Made by a program: the position numbers and the translations under genes | Shown here: piece after piece, positions 24,001 to 38,084 of the stretch | Numbering within the stretch: position 1 is the stretch's first letter | Layout: each line of letters starts with the position of its first letter | Notes under the pieces: model-generated | Databases searched by the model: none | What the model was told of the DNA's origin: nothing | Seen by the model: only the letters and a program-made list of their open reading frames with translations | NCBI RefSeq assembly: GCF_004010195.1 | Contig: NC_057720.1 | Location: 15,329,146 to 15,393,145 of the forward strand | Source of the DNA: Chiloscyllium plagiosum | Taxonomy: Eukaryota | DNA: 64,000 nucleotides | Direction: 5' to 3'

Positions 24001-24429
24001 TCTACCATTAATGACTAATGAAGCAATGACTGCAATGTTAGTCAAAGGAATTTGATCAGCAATTTTGAAATGGGGATGAGAGCAGATGGTTACAGCAAGA
24101 GATGTAGCAGTTAAGGTGACAGAGGACAAGTGATCTCTTTTTTAAAAATATACTTTTATTGAAAAAATAGATTTTTAAAAATATTACAAGTACAAAACAA
24201 TACAATTCAAAATCGTACAAAAAAACCCCCATGTTAAACAAAGCCAACTACCCCCCCCCATGTACAAATGTATAAACGTATATAGAATAAAAAAAAACTG
24301 GCTATTTTAACTAAATAAATAAATAACCAACAACAAACTAATAAATAGAAATAACTCAGCTCAGCTAAACAAAACGCTCATACATTCACAGTTCCTCCTC
24401 CCGGGATATTGGACTCGTGAACCACAATC

Positions 24430-27400
24430 ATTATGGCTATATAAAAGCCCTTGTTAGTGTGGCAGATAAATGTGTGTCCAGGTATTCCAAAAAGGGCTGC
24501 CATATCTTGTAAAAATTCTCAGTTTTGTGGTGTACCATATTTGTGAGAAAATCCAGGAAAATATATTCCATAACAATCTTGTGCCAACCCGACAGGCCGG
24601 GGGCGGGGGGGGGTTGGGGGTGTGGTGGATGTCAGATATCCAACCTAGCAAGATATTCTTTCTTGCACAGAACATGAGAATATTGAAAAGTTTTTTCTTA
24701 TGCACGTCTGCAGGAAATACGGTGGACAGCCCAAAAGAAGAGAGATAGGGTCCTTCTCCACCCTTACACCCAAAATCCTCTCCATTACGCCCACCACAGC
24801 GCTCCAATATGTTTGAAGCCTATCGCAAGACCAGAGACAATGGGTAAGAGTGCCCATGTAGCCCTTCCACTTGGGACATGCTGAAGGCACCCCGGTTTAA
24901 ATTTTGACAAATGGTCTGGAGCCAAGTGGACCCTGTGGAGAATCTTCAACTGTAAAGCATGGGGCCTATTGCAAATTGATATCTTCCTTGCATTCTCCCA
25001 AATATCCTCCCGTACCTCTGAGGAGACTTCAACACTCAGCTCTCTCTCACATCCTGCAAAGTCGATCAAACTCATCTAAGGGGGCACTCCCCAATTGATG
25101 ATATGAAGTACTGACAGAGAGTGTACTCTTAGCACTTAGCACCCCCCTCTCTCTGTCGGATTTGCAGGGATCAGTCAAAAGTGTGGTCTTTTTTTGAATA
25201 AAATCCCTAACTTGAAAAAAAACAAAAGAGGTCTCTATTAGATAACTCATATTTCCGTACTAACTGATTGAAGAACATCATTACGTCTCCCTCAAATAAA
25301 TCGCCCATGCAGGACACACCCTAACTACTCAATGTTTAAATCCTGAATTGATCATTCCCGGTTGAAAACCCGGCATACACACTATAGGTGTAAACAAAGA
25401 TGTTTTGCCAATATTGCCTTCCCTCTGCCGAATTGCCCTCCATGTTTTAACAGTATTGATAACTATTGGGTTATGGCAATATTTCCTAATTGTCTTCATT
25501 TTTTTGCAAAAACAGCAAACTGGTATGGGGGCACCTTGCCTGGGAGGTTTCGATATCTAGCCATATTGAAAGAGGATCTCCACAAATTCAATCACTCACA
25601 AAGGACAAAAGTGAGCTTAATTGGTAATTTTTAATGTTTGGAAGGTCCACTCCCCCCCAATCTGTGAGGCAACTGCAGTTTGGCTAATTTAATGAGGGGC
25701 CGCTTACAATGCCAAATAATGGAGCTGAACTAGCCGTTCAGTCTCCTGAGAGTTTGCTTATTGAAATTCAGGGGGAGCATCATGTATAGGGTATAGTAAA
25801 CGAGAGAGAATATTCATCTTAATAAGCGCTACCTGACCCAACCACGAGACTGGAAGTGCCTCCCATTTTTGAAGATCTTGTTTAATTTTTTTCAAATAAT
25901 TGGATAAAATTGGCTTTGAACAGCCAATCCAGAACTGGAGTAATGAATATGCCCAAATACACAAAACCCCCCTGGGACCACCTAAATGGGAATCTATAGT
26001 CACTCTCAAGAACCAACTCCTTCGTAAGACCACCCATAGGCATAGCCTCTGATTTCGCAAAATTAATCTAATACCCCGAAAAAGGGCCAAATGCGTGAAT
26101 GCACTGCATCAGGTGAGACACTGAAACTGCTGGACTTATCAAAAAAATTAGGATATTGTCTGCATACAACAAAATCTTATATAATTTTGACCCCACTTCT
26201 GGAGCTGGTATATTGGGATCCCCACGAATGGCCTCTGCCAATGGTTCAATCACCAACATAAAAGTAATGGTGAAAGGGGACAGCCCTGCTGGCTGCCCCT
26301 AAAAATATTAAAATTGCTTGATTGTACCCCGTTGGTGATGACCAGCGTGAGAGGGCCACCGTAGAGAACCTTTACCCATCTTATGAAAACTTCGCTCAAA
26401 CCAAACCGCTCCATAGTATAGAAAAGGTACGGCCACTCAACTCGGTCAAAAGCCTTCCCTGCATCTAGAGAAATCACCAGTCCCTGTATTGACTGTTGTT
26501 GACATGCTTGAATCACATTAAGCATCCCCCTAACATTACTGGAGGACCTGCGACCCTTTATGAAGCCTGTCTGATCCTCTTTAATAATAGAAGGTAACAC
26601 AGTCTCCAGCCTTAACGCAAACGTCTTAGAGAGGATTTTAAAGTCCACATTTAAGAGTGAGATGGGCCTATACAGAGCACAGTCTTCCAGGTCCTTCCCT
26701 TTTTTAAGGATAAGTGAAATAATGGCCTCTCACAGAGATGATGGGAGACAGTCATGACTGTATGCAAGTCCGTCAGGACCAGGTACCTTTCCACTCTGAA
26801 GCTGCCTCACAGCTTCCTGCACTTCTTGCTCTGATAATGGGGCATTGAGAAAGGACTGTTGTTCGGGAATCACACCCGGGAGTTTCAGATCCTTAAAAAG
26901 AGATTCAATTTTGGCCTGCCTGTCCTCACAATCCTTGGATTGGTATAACTTAGAGTAAAATCTCTGGAATGTCACATTAATTTTTTTAGAATCACATGTT
27001 AGGTTCCCAGACCCTTCCCTAATCGGCGTAATGGCTTGTGGGGCACTCCTTTTCCTGACGAGATATGCTAAGTATTTGCCTGGTTTGTCACCATGCTCGC
27101 TTAACCTTTGCTTTGCAAAAGCCAGCTCCTTCTTTGCCGTCTGCATGAGCATGGAATTTAGTGCAGACCGCAGTGCCGTAATCCTCTGTAGTTTGACCAA
27201 CGAGAGTCTGTCAAAGTAGGCCTTTTCGGCTGCCTTCAACCGTGCTTCAAGGAGACGTTGCTGCTTACCCTTCTGCCGCTTCCTACTGGTGGAATATGGA
27301 ATAACTAACCCTCTGGCATAGGCTTTGGCAGTTTCCCAGAGAATGGATGAGCTATCAACCGAGCCTATGTTGATGTCAAGGAATGCCTGAAATTCCCTAG

Positions 27401-28199
27401 AGAAATATTCCACAAACTTACTATCCTTGAGAATAAAGGGATCCATTCGCCAGTACCTCAAACTCACTGTAACGTCCTTAATCTTAACCATAAGGTACAC
27501 TGGAGCATGATCAGAGATGGTAATATTACCAATCGTACAAGATGCCACCAAATCCAGGGTCACCGCAGGGGTCAGAAAAAAATCAATCCTAGTGTGACAT
27601 CTGTGCGAATTGGAGAAAAACTTAAAATCGCTGTCTGTAAGGTGGAGACACCTCCAGACAGCCACCAATCCGAACCTCCTACACAGATCCACTAACTATT
27701 TAGTTTGTACAGAGGGTATCAAGGGGTCTTTAGGCAACCTGTCTACCATGGGATCCATGAGACAGTTAAAATCTCCCCCTATAATGATGTGCTGGGACTC
27801 GAGACATATCAGTTTAGAAAAAGAGTCTACCAAAATTTAAGGGGATGAGCTGGAGGGCAATAAACATTTAAAACACCATATTCTTCCCCATTAATCAAGA
27901 CTTTAAGAATTACAAACCTCCCGTGTATGTCTTTAACACACTCTAACAACTTAAATGGAAGATTCTTCATAACCATTATAGCCACTCCCCTACTTCTGGT
28001 ATTAAATGTTGAAAAATAAACTCGGTCAAAGCCATTCTGCTGTCATTTCAGATGCTCCTTGTCATCCAAGTGTGTCTCCTGTAACAAAGCAATATCCACC
28101 TTCTACTTTCTAAGACTCAAGAGTACCTTCTTCCTCTTCCTTGGCGAGTAGCTTCCCTTGATATTCCAGGTACACCCATTTAATCAAGTCATTAACCAT
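24430..28199 (-). pseudogene. L1-A ORF2 (APE endonuclease, RT, C-terminal Cys/His), disrupted
   Basis: WNIKG; TRIDFF..ISDHAP; KVPGPDG; DQTGFIKGR..SLDAGKAFDRVEW; QGCPLSPLL; LYADN; CPKW..THCLWSC. Confidence 0.9.
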
Positions 28200-28778
28200 A
28201 ACCTTCTGCAATAACATTTAAATTCCAGAGAGGAGGAACCCGAACCACAAACCGCTGAGCCTTAATGTCACATGATCCACCAAATATAAAAAAACTACAT
28301 AAACTAAGATCACTACATTTAACAAACTTACAAAACTATTGAAAATTAAAAACAACAAAAACCTAAAAACAAACCAACATATAAAGCGGCAACCACTCCC
28401 TGCCCAGAGGGACAACTACCCATCCCAAACTGCCCATAAGTAGGCATCTAACCACCCCAGCCACCTTCACTTCTTCCAGCCAGAGCTGCACTGCAAACAC
28501 AAGCAGAAAAGAGTAAACACTCCATAGGATACCAATATGAATAAAAAAAACATACTTTTCTAAAAAAAAAGGGGAATAAATACCCCACCCATCCTTTGGT
28601 ATATCCCAACTTAGAAATTGAAAATGTTCATCTCAACTGCTGCCAAACATAGTTTAAACAAAATTATTATCAAGAGGAAAAAAAAAGATAAAGCCCCAAC
28701 CGGATTTCTTCCATTTCTTTTACAAAACGATAAAGGCATACCCAAACAAACTATTTATACATACTAAAATTGTTCAAA

Positions 28779-29584
28779 TTAGGTTAGTTTGTCTACAAAG
28801 TTTCTTGCCTTCTCCGACATATCAAAGAGATGTTTGGATCCATCTAAGGTGATCTGAAGAACCACTGATTACCTCAGGGAGTACTGAATCCCAAGCTCCC
28901 TCAGTCTTCTCTTGACACCGTCGTAAGATTTTCATTTCTTGATCACTGCCGCTGAGAAGTCCTGGAAGAACATGATCTTAGAGCCCTCATAAATTAGGGC
29001 CTTTGGATCCTTCCCCTGGACTCTGGAAGCCTGCATGACTCTCTCCTTATCCCGGTAATGATGGAACTGCACCAGGAGAGGACGAGAACCTTGACCCAGA
29101 CCTGATCTCCGCGCTGTGACCCGGTGAGCTCTTTCTAATTTCAATCCTCTCATGCTGGCCTCCAAGTCAAGGAATTTCGGCAGCCAATCCTCAACAAATT
29201 CCGCAGGCTGCTCACCTTCCTTACCCTCAGGCAGACCAATGATCCAAATGTTTTTTCTCCTGCCCCTGTTCTCAAGATCATCCACTTGGTCACGCAAATT
29301 ACGGACTTATGTCCCCAGGGCTTGGATCCTATCCTTGGATGAACTGGCATCAGCTTCCACCACTATGACCCTGTGCTCCACCTCATCCGTCCTCTTCTCC
29401 AGGTTTCTCAGCTGCTGCTCATGCTTCTGCAGTATGAAAGATATTGGAGCCAGCTTCTCTTCCATCTGTTTCCCCAGCATCTCACGAAACCTTTTGAGAG
29501 CTCATTCACCAGAGCCTGGAAAGTAATTGACTCCGAGGATCCTGCAGAGCCGGCCTCGGATGCTCCTCCTCCCTTTTTCGGTAT
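28779..29584 (-). pseudogene. L1-A ORF1 (L1TD1/Transposase_22-like), disrupted
   Basis: DDLENRGRRKNIWIIGLPEG..LERAHR..RPLLVQFHHYRDKE..FFQDFS. Confidence 0.9.
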
Positions 29585-30519
29585 CTCTGGATGGCTGCAA
29601 ACGCAGGTAAGTTCATTTTTAGAAGTTTCTTGGGACTCCATGATCTATCCGGAGTCCCAAGATATCACGATGGTCTGTGTTGGGCGGGTTAAAGGTTTGT
29701 CCCACTTGTGCTGTGACGCCAAGCTCTGCAGTGCGATCTTCTTAGATCGCCGCCATCTTGGATCCCCCAAGTGATCTCTTTTGATGCTATGATTGATAAT
29801 TCTTTGCCTTTTATAAGTAAGACCATGGTGCAGTCTTTTGTTACTTGGTTTCATTCTGATTCTATTGTTTGCTATTGTGTGGTATATAAAGCCACTAACT
29901 TTAAGTTCCAAACATTCTATTGTTATGACCAACAAGCCCTTTACTTGGAGGGTATATATCCTGCTTATATTAGGTGGTGAATTTGGAAGCAGGATTGTAA
30001 TAAAAAGCAGGTAGCAGTGGTGTCTTGGAAGAGACACAATTCTGTTTCTTTAAATAAGTTTTATCGAACTAATCTGCATGGATTTTCATTTGACATCTGG
30101 CAAAATCCAGAGTCAGAAATTTAAAATCCAACACTTTTTAATAAATATTATTATTAGAAGCTTTTTCAAATCTTTCACAGGACATTTATGTACAACAAAG
30201 AATAATATCAAAATACAGAAAGATAGAGGCAGTACAACAATAATAATAAAGAACTACCTATCATTCTACCAGAACAAATGTATCTACTTAACTTAAAATA
30301 AACTACAAACTAATTAAATAAAAATTAAATTAAACTGAATTCAAATTAACTTAAAATTAAATTATATCTCATTACTTTATTCTATTTCACTCACCACACT
30401 TTCACTGAGGCTCCCATCCCTGGGAGCACCAGTCATTGTACCCGTATGCTTTTGCCACAGCCTCCCTCTTCCACGGCCCCATGTGTGCCCAGGCTGATTC
30501 CCATGGCTATACCACAGCC

Positions 30520-33500
30520 CTAATTAATATTGCTGATAAGTCTGTGTCAATATAATTTAAAAGGGCCGTCACATCTTGTAAACTGTCCTGTTTTGTGGTG
30601 CACCATATGTGTGAGGTAGTCTTTGGGAGATGGTCCATCACCAGCCTACGCCACCCCTTAAGACCTTGAGGGTTTTTCCAACGTCCAATTCATTAAAATG
30701 TTCTTTCTCGCATAGTGGGTAAGAATGTTACACAATCTCTTCCTGTGTTCCCCTAGAGAGGGTAACTTTGGCAACCCCAGAAGAAGAAATACCAGATTCA
30801 TGTTAACTTCAATCCCCAGGATGTCCTTTAGCTCCCTTACCATAGCACTCCAGTATCTCTGGATCTTACAACATGACCAGTAGCAGTGTGTGAGAGTGAT
30901 CTATACTAATGTTACATTTGGGACAGCCTGGTGACGCTCCTGTCTTGAACTTAACCAGCCTGTCTGGCATCATATGAGCCCTGCGTAAAATCTTCAATTG
31001 CATGGCCTGCGCTATGTTACATACTGAAATTTTCCTTACATTTTCCCATATATCTTCCCATACCTCCAATGAGATATCCTCTTCTAGCTCTCGATTTCAC
31101 GTCCTACAGAGTCTCTCCAAGTCCCCTAAGCATGTCCTCTCTGTAAATGATACAAAATACAAACTGAAAGAGCGCCCGTACACTGGAGCACTCTTTTCTC
31201 TTGTCTGACTTGTAAGGCTGAGCCAGGAGTGTAGCCTTCCTCTGTGTGTAATCCTTAACTGAAAGTACCAGAAAAGGTCCCTATTAGACAATCCATATTT
31301 CTGACTTAGCTGGCTAAATGACATCAAGACCTCCCCGTTGAATAAATCTCCCAGACAAGAGATTCCCTTATTCACCCGTAGCTTAAAGCCAGAGTCCATT
31401 GCCCCAGGTTTAAATCCTTGGGCTCCCACCAATGGAGTAAACAACGAGGTCTTAAGCCAATTGCCGTCCTCTTGTCTCATTATCCTCCAGGCTTTCACCA
31501 TATTTAAAATGATTGGATTTTTAGAATGCTCAGTCACGGATTTCACCTTATCCATAAATAATAGATTAATGAGGGGACATCTCGACCGCAAGGCTTCAAC
31601 ATCAAGCCAAACTGACTCCGAATTTCCCCATACCCAGTCACCGACATATGCTAACAGGGCGCTTATTTGATATCTCTTCAAGTCTGGAAGATCCATCCCT
31701 CCCTCACCCTGCGAAAGCTGAAATTTGGTAAATTTAATTAAGGGGTGCCTGTGACACCAAATAAAGGACCCTAGCCAACCATTCAGCCTCCATGATACTC
31801 ATCTGGGTAGCAACAACGGAAGCATTCTTATGGGGTACAACAGGCGAAGAAGAACATTCATTTTAATCAGGGTTATTTGGCTTAACCATGATGACAGTAA
31901 CTCCTCCCACCGCTGCAAATCCTGTTTTATCCTCTCCATAGTTGTACATAGTTAGCTTTATACAGCTGGTGGAAGGCAGGGGTAATAAAAATTCCCAAAT
32001 ACAAAAAACCTTTTGACGACCATCTAAAAGGGAACTGCATTCCATCCTTCAGATCAGGCACCTCCAGTAATCTCCCCACTATCATGGCTTCCAATTTTGT
32101 AAAGTGGACCCTGTAGCCTGAAAAACTGCCAAATAAATTAATTGTTTGAATCATTGGAGGAACGGACTCCTCCGGATTAGCCAAGAACAAAAGGACGTCA
32201 TCAGTGGATAGGGTGATCTTTTGCTCCCCCATTCCCATCCTTGGAGCCATTATTTCAGGATCCCTCCTGATAGCTTCGGCTAATGTCTCAATTGCCCAAG
32301 GTGAATAACAGCGGTGAGAAAGGACACCCCTTTCGACTACCTCTCCCAATATTAAAGTTATCCAACTTAGTGCCATTTGTGATGACTGCTGCCTTAGGGT
32401 CATTATAAAATACTGCCACCCATCTGGCAAATGCCTCCACCAGACCAAAATGCTCTAGGACCCCAAACAGGAATGGCCATTCTATCCGGTCAAATGCCTT
32501 TTCTGCATCTAGGGAGACCACCAAACCCGGAATCAATCTTTGCTGGCATACCTGCACTTTGTTCAGTACCCTCCTGATGTTGTTGGAGGAGCTACTGCTC
32601 TTGATAAAACCCGTTTGATCTTCTTTTATAACACAGGGCAATACCTTTTCAACCTCAGGGCCAGTATCTTGGATAGGATTTTAAAATCTACGTTCAACAG
32701 TGAAATTGGTCTGTATAAAGCACATTCCTCGGGGTCATTCCCCTTCTATAAAATGAGGGCGATATTAGCCTCCCTAAGAGAGGGTGGCAGACAATCCTGT
32801 GTATATGACTAGCTATGCATCCCCACAGGTGGCTCCACCAACACATTTATGAATTCCTTATAGAATTCACTCAGGAATCCATCTGGCCCCTGTGCTTTGC
32901 CACCCTGGAGATATTTTATTGCTTCCTGCATTTCCTGTACCGTCATAGGTGCATTCAACAGGGAAACCGGTTCTGCATTTATACTGGAGAGGAAAAGGTT
33001 CTCAAAAAAAGGACTGCATTCTCACTGCACCATCTTTGCCTCCCTCCGACCGGTATAATTCTGCAAAGTATTCCCTAAATCTAACATTGATCTTCAACTC
33101 ACGTGTAACCGTGCCAGCCTTCTCTCTAACAGACATAATGGATTAGGAAGCATTTTACTTTCCAGCCAGATATGTCAGATATCTACCTGGCTTATCTCCA
33201 AATTCAAACAATCTTTGTTTAGCAAAGGATACCTATTTTTTGCAACCTGTGTGTGCAATGTGTTGAGAGCAGCCCGGAGAGCCGTGACCCACTGCAGCTT
33301 GACCAAAGGCGGCCTGTTATAATATGCTTCCCCAGCTACCTTCAGCCAGGTCTCCAGCATCCGTTGCTGCTCCTCCCTCTGCCTCCTTCTAGTTGTTGAA
33401 TACGAAATGATCATGGCCTCGTAAATATGCCTTAGTGGCCTCCCAAAGTACCAGCGGATTACTGGCCGTACCTGAGTTGATATCCCAGAAGGCCCTGAAC

Positions 33501-34297
33501 TCTCTTGTAATGTACTCAACAAATTTGCTATCCCTTAATAGGAATGGGTCCATGCATCTATTCCACCACCCTTGATGTTAACATCTAAATACACTGGCAC
33601 ATGTTCTGAGACACCTATATTCCCAATTTTGCAAGCCAATGTTCTGCCTAAACAATCCGATGGCATAAAAAACTTGTCAATTCGCGTGCGGCACTTGTGT
33701 GGATTGAAATAAAAAGTAAAGTCTCTTCCATTAGGGTGGAGATGCCTCCACACATCCACTAGTCCCAACTCCTCAACATGTCCACCAACTTCTTAGTTTG
33801 CATGGGCATACTTGCCAGGCCCCTTGGGCACCCTCTCTATCCCGGGATCCATTAGGGGGTCAAAATCCACTCCTACAATCATGTGGCACATCCCAAGACT
33901 CATTAATTTAGCGACTGCATCAATTAGAAATTTAAGAGGGTCCACCGGGGGGACAATACACATTCAGAACGCCATACTCTTCGCCATGTATTAGAGCTTT
34001 AAGATTGATGAACTGTCCATGTTCGTCCTTAATTTGCTCAGTTACATGGAATGGGAGGTTCCTTCTTACCAGTATAGCCACTCCTCTACTTTGAGAGGTA
34101 AAGGAGGAGAAGAATACCCTGTCAAACCACCCACCTGGTTGCAGTTTCAGATGTTTCTTATCAGTTAAATGCATCTCAGCAGCAGGGCGATGTCCACCCT
34201 TTTCTTTCCTAAGGCTTGACAGCATCTTCTTTCATTTATTGGTGGAATGGCTCCCTTTTACATTCCAGGTGTACCATCTGAATGAATCACTAGCCAG
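30520..34297 (-). pseudogene. L1-B ORF2, disrupted
   Basis: TWNVK; SRGVAIL; LVDVWRHLHP..TRIDKF; DQTGFIK..SLDAEKAFDRIEW; GCPFSPLLF; LSTDDVL; CPKC. Confidence 0.88.
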
Positions 34298-34877
34298 GGC
34301 AGTCCGCGGTTCCCCAAGAGGAGGAGGTTTATCCAAGGAGCGGCGAGCAACAAACTAATTAACTTTTATAAAGTCTAACATCTACTCCAATAAAAACTAC
34401 TACAACTAAAAACCTAACCACTACGTTTAACGTAAGCAAATACTCAAATAAATCCCAATTTACTGGAGATCTTCCCCTTGCCCATAGGGCGCACTCCTCC
34501 CAATCCTTGCTACCATCCCAAATCCCTCCAGCTGAGGCTGTGCCCTAGCCCCAGGCAGTCCACGGATGAAGAAAATCTGTTGTTTACAGTCTCAGAGTTA
34601 ACTATGGATGCCCATCCCCTGCATCCCCCCCCCACCCTCCACACACCTTAACCACAGGTATAATCACCCCCCAATCCAAAAACAAAAGGCAGCAGTCAAA
34701 CTAAATGCCCCAGATAATACCAACTGACTGATATACAAAATAATTCCAGTTTTACATCAAGGTAGCACGTATAAAGCTGATAACCACAAAAAAGGGGAGA
34801 GAGGAGAAAGGAAGGGGACAATAAAAACTAAAAAAAACTCATACCATTATCCATAACGATGCCCCGACCCGAGTCCT

Positions 34878-35688
34878 TTAATTCAGAGAATTCACAAAGT
34901 CCTTGCCTTTTCTGCAGAATCAAAATTATATACCGACCCTCCGTGAGCGAATCGCAACATGGCTGGGGACCTCAAGGAATACTGAATGTTCAGATCCCTT
35001 AATTTTCTCTTAACTTTGTCAACTGCCCTTCTCTTCTTAATTAGGGATCCTGAGAAAACATTATTCTTAGCCTTTGTGCATTAAAGCCTGTGGATCTCTT
35101 CCCAGTCTTCTTGTTGTTTCAATCACTAACTCTTTCTCTTTATAGTGCTGGAGTTGAACTAGGACCGGGTGGGGGTGCGGGTCCGGCCCGGACCTGTGCA
35201 TTGCAATCCGGTGGGCCTTCTCCACACTTAGCCAGCCCGACTCCAATTCCAGCCCCTGGAACTTCAGGAGCCACTTCTCCAGGAATCCGACGAGGTCATC
35301 ACCCTCCTCGCATTCCGGAAGACCCATGAGCCATAAGTCTTTTCTTCTATTTTTATTTTCCAGGTCGTCCACTTGCTCCTGATCAACCCGAACCTGGTCT
35401 TCCAGTGTTTGGATCCTCCCTCCCGAGACCTCTGCCACGGTCTCCGATGCCGCGGTTCACTGCCTCTACTCTGCACTCCAACTTGTTCAGCGTGGCAGAT
35501 AGTGGCTCCATCTCTGCTTCAATCTTTTCTCGGAGTTTGGCAAACTTTGAGAGTAACTGTTGCTGCCCCATTAAATCCAAAGAGGCTGCCATGGGAGTTT
35601 GAGCAATGGCTGAAGGCACCCCCGATGCTGTAGGGGAGTGCCCTGCCTGCTGCACCGCTTTCAGCCCCTTTCCCTTATTTGCTTTCAT
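34878..35688 (-). pseudogene. L1-B ORF1, disrupted
   Basis: MKANKGKG..; DDLENKNRRKDLWLMGLPE..VEKAHR..PVLVQLQHYKEKE. Confidence 0.88.
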
Positions 35689-36254
35689 TCTACTCTTAGA
35701 GCTGTCACAACACAATTTTAGCAGCTCCAGATGTTCAGTAAGTTTATATTAGCAATGTTTTCTCCGAGGGGTGATTAACAACGGGGGCTAAAGGTCCACC
35801 TTGCTAGGAGGTATGGCACAGAGCCCAGCACAGCAGACCACTCAGACCGCCGCCATCTTGGATCTCCTAAAATCCAACTTTTAAAAATCACATAATTATT
35901 ACAGTACAGGACGAAGCCTCAAATGAGCATTTCATCAAGCGCCATTCTCTCTCCTTCTCCCTGTAACCCCACACATTCTTTCTTTTCAGATAACTATCCA
36001 ACTCCTTCTTGAATGTGCCACAAGAGGGCCCTAAGGCCTAGAAAACTGTCTACTTTGTCAGCCAGGCTCCCAGTCTGTCCTGCCACCTCCAATGATTTAT
36101 GTACGTTTACACCTAGATCCCTCTGCTCCTCTACCCCATTTAGAGATGTCCCCTTGATTTATATTACACTTCCATGTTCCTCCCACCAAAATGAAGTACG
36201 TTTCACTTAATTAAGCTTCGTTTGCCTTCTATTTGCCTATTCCATCAATTTAAA

Positions 36255-36582
36255 ATCTCTACAGTGTGAAAGCAGGCCATTCAGCCCATCGAGTCCATAC
36301 TAAACCTCTGTAGAACATTCCAATCCGACACACCCTATCCCTGTAACCTTGAATATCCCATGGCTAATTCACCTAGCCTGCACACCTTTGGACAATTTAG
36401 CATGGTAAATCGACTTAACTTGCACATCCTGGAACTGCGGGAGGAACCTGGAGCACTCATTGGAAACTCATGCAGGGGAGAATGTGCAATCTCCACACAG
36501 ACAGTTGCCTAAGGGTGGAATCGAACCCAGATCCCTGGTACTGTGAGGCAGCAGTGCTAACCGCTGAGCCAATGTGTTACCC
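36255..36582 (-). mobile_element. HE1 V-SINE
   Basis: CTCCACACAGACAG..GGAATCGAACCC..TGTGAGGCAGCAGTGCTAACC. Confidence 0.9.
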
Positions 36583-37058
36583 AAACGAACTTGTCTTTGT
36601 CCTTCTGAATTTCTATAACATCCTTCCCACAGTTTACCATACTTCTGAGTTTTGGATGATCCACAACGTTGGAAAATGTGCCCTTATACAGCAAGGACGA
36701 GATCATCGAAACATCAAAAGGGAAAACATAAGGGTCCTAACACTGAGCTCTGGGAACCTCAGCTCCAGCCCTTCCTCCAGACCAGAAAGCATCCATTAAA
36801 GACTACCCTGGGTCCTGTCACCCATCCAGTTCTGAATCTATATTGCTACTGTCCCTTTTATTCCATTAACAATAACATTTTCCTAAGAAACTGTATTAAA
36901 CCTTTTTGTGGGAATCAATGCACCCCATGTAAACCACACTAGCCTCACCAACTCTTTATTAACTCATCTAGAAACTCCGGCTCAAATATTAAACTTGATT
37001 TTCCTTAAGAAATCCATGCGAGCTTTCTTTAATTAACCCACATTTTTGCAAGTGACTA

Positions 37059-37265
37059 CCGTCAGTTCTTCCATAATGCGATGGCTGCATTCCTGTGCAA
37101 CCCTGCATTATAAATAAATTGCGCTTTAGAAACTGCGCTTAACGTGTTGGCGATGTAATCACGTTACAGCCAGCATACGTTTTAAGTTTGTGCTTTAGAA
37201 ACATTCGTCAATCCCATTACAGTGAATTCGCGTTGATGAAATGCACGTTTTAGCAGAACAACCTG
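37059..37265. mobile_element. pogo/Tigger-type (Tc1-mariner) MITE with TA TSD
   Basis: TA|CCGTCAGTTCTTCCATAATGCG...CACGTTTTAGCAGAACAACCTG|TA imperfect TIRs; splits a CR1. Confidence 0.7.
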
Positions 37266-38084
37266 TATTAATTCTGTTGCGAATGATTGCTTCCACGTGT
37301 TTCCCCACCAGCAAGGTTAAGCTGACTGGATTTATCATTGCAGCTTTTTTTATGAATAAGAGTGTAACATTTACAATTTCCCAATCCTCTGGCATGACCC
37401 CTGATTCTAAGGAGACCAAGAAACCTCGGTCAGTGTCTTCTCACTCTCCACTCCTGCAGTATCGTTGGAAGAGCATTGCACATAAATGTGAATGAGGTAC
37501 TTCTGATCCGTGAACCTTATGTGCATGTATAACAACAGCTTAACAAAAAGACATAAAAATGTACCAAATAACCATGTAGGATCATTTATCCTTCACTTCT
37601 GGATTAATTAAAGAACAGTCGTGATTAAAGAGCGAATGAGATACTGAAAGTTTCCCTCCCTGTACGGGCTGCAGGACATGACCTGCGCAAAAGCATTTGA
37701 GGCTCATTTTCGAAGTGCACATTATTCTATCACATCTCAGGGGGATGGATAACATAACTCTGTTTCAAACTGTGCCACCCTTTTGTTATCTATTATTTGG
37801 CAGCCTGTATTTTCTTTTGAAAACTTTGGATTCTTTTCCCCGGCACTGTTTTTAATTCATTATTTATGATGGAGAGCACTGTATTTCTGCAGTCCATGCC
37901 ATATGACACCAAACAAAGACATGACCCAGTTTCTATCCTGCATCTGGCCAGCCTTTGATGTACTTGTTTCTATCAATGCTCCTCGAATAGACTGACCCCT
38001 TTCCTGCCTCCTGATTTAGTACAATTATATTGGCACGATAGCCTGGTTCTTTTACACAGCCATTTCCCACTGACAAGGAGAGGT

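Larger units (their letters stand above)
24142..29767 (-). mobile_element. L1-clade LINE (L1-A), full length and decayed, 15 bp TSD
   Basis: TSD CAAGTGATCTCTTTT at 24127-24141 and 29768-29782; 5' end GGGGATCCAAGATGGCGGCG; AATAAA plus A-rich 3' end; ORF1 and ORF2. Confidence 0.95.
30135..35867 (-). mobile_element. L1-clade LINE (L1-B, different subfamily), full length and decayed, 11 bp TSD
   Basis: TSD TAAAATCCAAC at 30122-30132 and 35868-35878; 5' end GGAGATCCAAGATGGCGGCG; ORF1 and ORF2. Confidence 0.93.
35895..37445 (-). mobile_element. Old CR1 fragments with nested HE1 and MITE
   Basis: SGVMPEDWEIVNVTLLFIKK..PVSLT..GK on the minus strand, plus further CR1 RT remnants. Confidence 0.7.

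Noticed and set aside
26730..27692. Longest ORF (320 aa) as a host gene
   Set aside because: It is a fragment of the frameshifted L1-A ORF2
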